Source: a virus
Lineage: Duplodnaviria > Heunggongvirae > Uroviricota > Caudoviricetes
DNA: 64,000 nucleotides
Strand: one strand, 5' to 3'
IMG/VR virus record: IMGVR_UViG_3300028833_006001
Span: 1-64,000 of that record
The stretch's first letter is position 1. Each line of letters opens with the position of its first letter. A program made the translations under genes and the position numbers. Below, piece after piece: positions 59,895 to 64,000 of the stretch. Under the pieces are notes generated by a model. The model ran no database searches. It had not been told where the DNA came from and worked only from the letters and a program-made list of their open reading frames with translations.

Positions 59895-60299
59895 TTAAAA
59901 TATTTTATATCTAGGATATTGTGGTATAGTCCAATATTTATAATCCATTATATGTTGTTGACCTTTATATGGTCCAATTTTTATTGATTCTATGATACCA
60001 TATTCTTTTAATCCACAGAATAATTCTACTTGCTGTCCTGTTTTTCCTGGCCAAACTAATTCTCTTATTTTATCTTTACTAGCTGTTCCATCAAGACTTT
60101 TTAAACAAATATAAACCGCATACCAAGGTTTATTTTTTTGAACTCCATTTTCTTTTCTTGTTGATTTTCTATTGTTATAGAATTTTTCAGGAAATTTATT
60201 TATATCATCAGCTTCACCAAACCAATAATCTTTTTCAATTACTTTTATATCTTTATTAAGATGAAGCTTTTCAGTTAAAAATATATTAATTGTTTTCAT
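59895..60299 (-). CDS. leader-family protein (MKTINIFLTEKLHLNKDIKV)
   Basis: Conserved leader. Confidence 0.6.
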   Translation of the reverse strand: MKTINIFLTEKLHLNKDIKVIEKDYWFGEADDINKFPEKFYNNRKSTRKENGVQKNKPWYAVYICLKSLDGTASKDKIRELVWPGKTGQQVELFCGLKEYGIIESIKIGPYKGQQHIMDYKYWTIPQYPRYKIF

Positions 60300-60302
60300 A
60301 TA

Positions 60303-61166
60303 TTAAATAGTATTTGTATTATAAAAATATCCAACAGCATGATTAGATAATATCCATTCATGTATTTGTTGCATTTCTTCATTTGCCATGTCTCTCCAAA
60401 CTTGATAATTAAGTGTTACACCACCAGGGAGTTTAAATTCAAATGTACCCATTATAGTAGCCATACTTCTAAGTCCGAGACATACACAATATCTAAAGAA
60501 ATAATAATTCTTATAAAGGTCTTGTAATTTTATTCTTTGGAATACATCAAGTATTAAATCACTATTTCCAAGAGCACCTTGTATTACAAGTTCATTACTG
60601 AATTCATTATAATCATATGTAAGAGGAGAATTAAACATATATTTATATGTATCTACTTCATAAAGAGCTGCCATAACATCTACTAAGTTATAACCAGTTC
60701 CAGATCCAAATACATCACTAAGACTACCTCCAACACCTGATGCAAGAGCTGAGTTATTAAGTATCATTCTTTCAAGAGAGAAGTCTCCCATAACACCATA
60801 ATTAAAACTTGGATTTGTCTTATATACACCTACAACTGATAAAATCTGTGGAGGTAATTTTACTATATTATTAGGACCACATTTATTTATTTGAGCATTT
60901 GGTAAACAGAACCATTTATGCTGACAAGCCTGGTCATCATTTTGCCAGAAGTATTGAGCAGCCTGAAGAATAAGTGGTGGAATGGCAGACGCAGGAATAG
61001 GAATATTAAGAGCACAACTTTGTGTTAATTCCTGAATAATTCTTTGAATAAATTGATAATCAACTTGGTCTTCTATTTGTTGTTTTCTCTTCAAATAGTC
61101 TTCCATAGAGATTTGTTCTTTATTCTGTGTAACTTCATTTATTTGTGTTTGACAATTTTCTGACAT
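60303..61166 (-). CDS. hypothetical protein (287 aa), first gene of the minus-strand block
   Basis: ORF. An AT-box copy lies 15-35 nt upstream of its start. Confidence 0.4.
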   Translation of the reverse strand: MSENCQTQINEVTQNKEQISMEDYLKRKQQIEDQVDYQFIQRIIQELTQSCALNIPIPASAIPPLILQAAQYFWQNDDQACQHKWFCLPNAQINKCGPNNIVKLPPQILSVVGVYKTNPSFNYGVMGDFSLERMILNNSALASGVGGSLSDVFGSGTGYNLVDVMAALYEVDTYKYMFNSPLTYDYNEFSNELVIQGALGNSDLILDVFQRIKLQDLYKNYYFFRYCVCLGLRSMATIMGTFEFKLPGGVTLNYQVWRDMANEEMQQIHEWILSNHAVGYFYNTNTI

Positions 61167-61179
61167 AATTAAAATATTT

Positions 61180-61198
61180 TACTTTATTAAAAATAAAG
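61180..61198. promoter_or_regulatory. AT-box copy (TACTTTATTAAAAATAAAG) in the divergent intergenic region
   Basis: 19/21 match to the 21-mer found upstream of the capsid and protease genes. Confidence 0.35.
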
Positions 61199-61284
61199 AT
61201 TAAGATTTAATAAATTTTATATTGAATAAAGTCAAAATAAAATTCTATTATACTTATAATAAATATGTGTTGTAATGTTAGTGT

Positions 61285-64000
61285 ATGAGTGAAAACTTAA
61301 ATGAGTTTAAGCAAAAAACACAAGTATTAAGTAAAATTAATAAGGTCTTTAAGAATGAAGAGAAAAAGTCATTAACAGAGATTCTTACTGATTTTCAATA
61401 TATGAGTGATGATTTTGCTAAGTTAAATGAAGATATTGAAAAAAACAAAATAACATATTCTAATCCAAGATTTGATCTTTGTACCTTAGAAGAACAAAAA
61501 AAATTTATAGATAATCAATTACAATTAATTGAAACATTAGTTACTGATAAAATTTGGTTTAATAGTGGTGTTGTTTGGAACTGGTATGATATTTTTGCTT
61601 TGATGCATAATAAAGATTATGCTAATGTTCCAAAAGCAGAACGTAAAGTAATATTCTCTACATCTGAACCATCTCGTCCTATTGGTGATCAAGCATATAT
61701 AATGTGGAATGGTATTCAGATTATAGATATTGATATTAAGAACCAAGAGATTGCTAATGGTCTTAAAAAAATATTATTTGATGAATTAAATCAATATCAA
61801 TGGTTTTTAGGTGTATCTTTGTCATCATCTAAGAAATCATTACATGTCTGGACAAAAATTATACCTATATCAAGAGATTTAAATTCAAGAAAGGTAGAAT
61901 TTAGATGTAATTTCAGACATAAGTATTCTTATATTTATATTACATTATTAAAATATTGTTCTAAGTTTGGATATACAAAAGAAGATATTTTGTCATATCT
62001 AGATAATGCTATGGCTAAACCTCAACAGGGTATTTATATTGCAAGTGATGATCCATATATGAATACTAATTTTATGGATTTGAGATTAAATGCTACATTT
62101 GAGGCAGCTATTGAAACTGGTATTGAATCTATTAATTGGATTACACATCCAGATTTAAGAGAAATTTTTGCTAAACTTGAATGGTTTAATAATGAAAGTT
62201 TTTCTAAAGAAGCCAATACTAATTTAGATGATATTGAAAATAAAGATTATCGTTCAGATAAACATTCTGGTCCTATACACTATAAGCATAATCAACGTTG
62301 GCAACTTGCAAATACTCTTGTAGCTATTTATAAAGATTTACCAAATGGTGAGGAGAAAGCTTATCAAGTAATGTGCGAAATATGTGCTGAAACGAGTAAA
62401 AAAGAATTAAAAGGAGATATCAGAACAGCGGCTTTACATAATAAACCAATTTCAAAATGGGCTGTAAGAGAATTAAATGAACATCATGGTTTTAAATTGA
62501 AATTAAAACAAAATGTATCAGAATTCAGTGAAGCTATTGAAAAGACAAATGAAGAATTAAAAAATTCAAGTGTATCTAAAGATCCTATAAGAGTTTTTAA
62601 TAACAATGTAAATAGAATTGATTTTTTTATATCTAAGGACCAGTATTTAAGTGATATTAAAGATGATATTCTAAAGAATCTTTCTAAGATTACTCTTCTT
62701 GAAGCTGGTGCTGGTTATGGTAAGACTGAAATGATTAAAGCATTTAAAGCTAAAACATTACTAATATTACCATTTACTTCTATCATTAAATCTAAGATTG
62801 AGCTTGATCAGGTTACATCTGATTGGTTATATTATTATGGAAGTAAAAAACCAACTCTTGATGAACTAGTTCGTCCTGGTCAGTCTATGTCAATGACTAT
62901 TGATAAATTCAGTCATCTTAATTTGATGGAACTTGATATGGCTGATTTTGAATATATAGTAATTGATGAAAGTCATCTTTTATTTACTAGTTCTTATCGT
63001 GATGTTATGTCACCTACAATTCAACGTCTTGCAAATTGTAAGGCTAAAGTAATTATGATGACAGGAACACCAACTGCTGAGGTATTGTTTTTTCCTAAAG
63101 TAAACCATATAGTAGTTACAAAAGAAGAATCAAGAATTAAGGAATTTACTACATACTTCTGTAAAAGTAAATATGAGCAGATAGAATGTATGGTTAATTC
63201 TATGGTTGAAGATATTAAAAATGGTGTTAAAATTTTATGGCCTACAAATAAGGGTAATACATATTTTGAACAAATAACATCACTTGTACATGATAAAGTT
63301 TGTAGATTAGTTCCTGATCATGGTCCATTAAAAACTTTTTATTATAAGAAAAGTAATTATGGTGATGATTCAATGGATAATATTAATAAGAACAAATCAA
63401 TTGGTGATAATGATATAATTGGATGTACTACATATCTTTCTGTTGGTATTGATATTTGTGATACAAAAAGATTCCATATATATTTCAATGAACCAATGAT
63501 TTGTCAATATATTGAACAGTATGCTAATAGAATACGTAGAAATGATCTATATATTAAGTTATTCCTTCCTCTTGAAAATGATGGTAATGCTATAGATTGG
63601 AATTATGTAAAACCTATTGATTTAAAAATTCAAGAGAATGAAATTATTTATGCTAGAGATCTTGTTAAAACTGCTAATGATATGTTAGAGAGAAACTTAG
63701 ATGAATCTAAATATAATCCTCTTATATTATCTATGTTAACAGCTAATAAGTTCTTAAAATATGATGAAATTGATTGTAAGTATTATATTGATGAAACTTC
63801 ATATAAATTACATTTCTTTGAAGACAGATATATTGATTATGGTGAACAATGGAAAGTAATTAAAGAAGGTATGGAATATTATGGATATAATACAAAAGAA
63901 ATAATTTCTGAAGATGCAATATCTGAAGAAAGAAAGATTGAAATTGATGAAGATTTAAAGAAAATCAGACATAAGAGATGGGATGAATATACTCAAAATG
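61285..64000 (+). CDS. primase-helicase-like protein, 3'-partial (>905 aa; ORF runs off the window end)
   Basis: Hand translation from ATG 61285 has no stop through 64000. SF2 helicase motifs are Walker A LLEAGAGYGKT, DExH IVIDESHLL, MMTGTPT, GCTTYLSVGIDI and QYANRIRR. The N-terminal about 400 aa show a possible AEP-like motif order (IIDIDIK, SLHVW, ASDDPYM). Confidence 0.6.
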   Translation, partial: MSENLNEFKQKTQVLSKINKVFKNEEKKSLTEILTDFQYMSDDFAKLNEDIEKNKITYSNPRFDLCTLEEQKKFIDNQLQLIETLVTDKIWFNSGVVWNWYDIFALMHNKDYANVPKAERKVIFSTSEPSRPIGDQAYIMWNGIQIIDIDIKNQEIANGLKKILFDELNQYQWFLGVSLSSSKKSLHVWTKIIPISRDLNSRKVEFRCNFRHKYSYIYITLLKYCSKFGYTKEDILSYLDNAMAKPQQGIYIASDDPYMNTNFMDLRLNATFEAAIETGIESINWITHPDLREIFAKLEWFNNESFSKEANTNLDDIENKDYRSDKHSGPIHYKHNQRWQLANTLVAIYKDLPNGEEKAYQVMCEICAETSKKELKGDIRTAALHNKPISKWAVRELNEHHGFKLKLKQNVSEFSEAIEKTNEELKNSSVSKDPIRVFNNNVNRIDFFISKDQYLSDIKDDILKNLSKITLLEAGAGYGKTEMIKAFKAKTLLILPFTSIIKSKIELDQVTSDWLYYYGSKKPTLDELVRPGQSMSMTIDKFSHLNLMELDMADFEYIVIDESHLLFTSSYRDVMSPTIQRLANCKAKVIMMTGTPTAEVLFFPKVNHIVVTKEESRIKEFTTYFCKSKYEQIECMVNSMVEDIKNGVKILWPTNKGNTYFEQITSLVHDKVCRLVPDHGPLKTFYYKKSNYGDDSMDNINKNKSIGDNDIIGCTTYLSVGIDICDTKRFHIYFNEPMICQYIEQYANRIRRNDLYIKLFLPLENDGNAIDWNYVKPIDLKIQENEIIYARDLVKTANDMLERNLDESKYNPLILSMLTANKFLKYDEIDCKYYIDETSYKLHFFEDRYIDYGEQWKVIKEGMEYYGYNTKEIISEDAISEERKIEIDEDLKKIRHKRWDEYTQN

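Noticed and set aside
29931-60299. Regularly recurring 32-nt repeat that could be mistaken for a CRISPR-like array
   Set aside because: - Spacing is irregular (0.4-1.1 kb) and far larger than CRISPR spacers.
- Every copy is in-frame at the 5' end of a protein-coding gene and translates to the YIIEKLHLNKD leader.
- It is a coding repeat, not a CRISPR array.
1-64000. tRNA, rRNA, integrase, transposase or homing-endonuclease genes
   Set aside because: - I scanned the GC-richer intergenic patches (around 15050, 17230 and 24100). I found only terminator hairpins, with no cloverleaf-like GTTCGA/TTCGAAT T-arm signatures.
- No recombinase or HNH/GIY-YIG motifs were noticed.
- A tRNA scan by software would be needed to be definitive.

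Overview
This 64-kb window is AT-rich (about 27-30% GC by eye) and looks like part of a large T4-like (Tevenvirinae-like) phage genome. There are no rRNA genes or CRISPR arrays, and I could find no tRNA. The T4-like assignment rests on alignments done from memory against T4 proteins; I could not run any searches.

**Morphogenesis block (minus strand, co-linear).**
- A prohead protease (T4 gp21-like, with GELEHP and SSRGAGS motifs) is fused to an acidic scaffold tail that carries 36-nt tandem repeats.
- It is followed by a gp23-like major capsid protein, a gp18-like tail sheath and a gp19-like tail tube.

**Replication and other core genes.**
- A stand-alone C-terminal fragment of a family-B DNA polymerase (motifs B and C and the KKKY motif; gene 43 apparently split or truncated).
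- A Dam methyltransferase.
- A UvsW-like SF2 helicase.
- A gp1-like dNMP kinase.
- A sigma-70-family sigma factor.
- A partial primase-helicase ORF that runs off the window end.
- A signal-peptide GH24 lysozyme and an amidase_2-domain protein.

**Main novelty: a leader-sharing gene array.**
- A roughly 31-kb array (28.9-60.3 kb) holds about 30 tightly packed, co-oriented small genes.
- Their N-termini share a conserved leader. The long form is M-x-x-L-x-x-Y-I-I-E-K-L-H-L-N-K-D-I-K; the short form is M-K-x-I-x-x-Y-I-x-E.
- This leader closely resembles the T4 capsid-targeting sequence (MKTYQEFIAE, as I recall it) and contains the (I/L)-x-E motif cleaved by gp21-type prohead proteases.
- The C-termini are highly diverse:
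  - DUF285/BspA-type leucine-rich repeats.
  - Pol-beta nucleotidyltransferases.
  - An NDK-like domain.
  - A HAD phosphatase.
  - Many small domains of unknown function.
- An NMNAT-nucleotidyltransferase fusion and a KxDG ligase-like gene sit in the array without the leader.
- I read this as a hyper-expanded arsenal of capsid-packaged (probably injected) proteins. It sits directly upstream of the head-morphogenesis genes.

**Other observations.**
- Many rho-independent terminators.
- A twice-repeated terminator element with compensatory stem changes.
- A 21-nt AT-rich box conserved upstream of the head genes.
- A PspC/SPFH membrane module.
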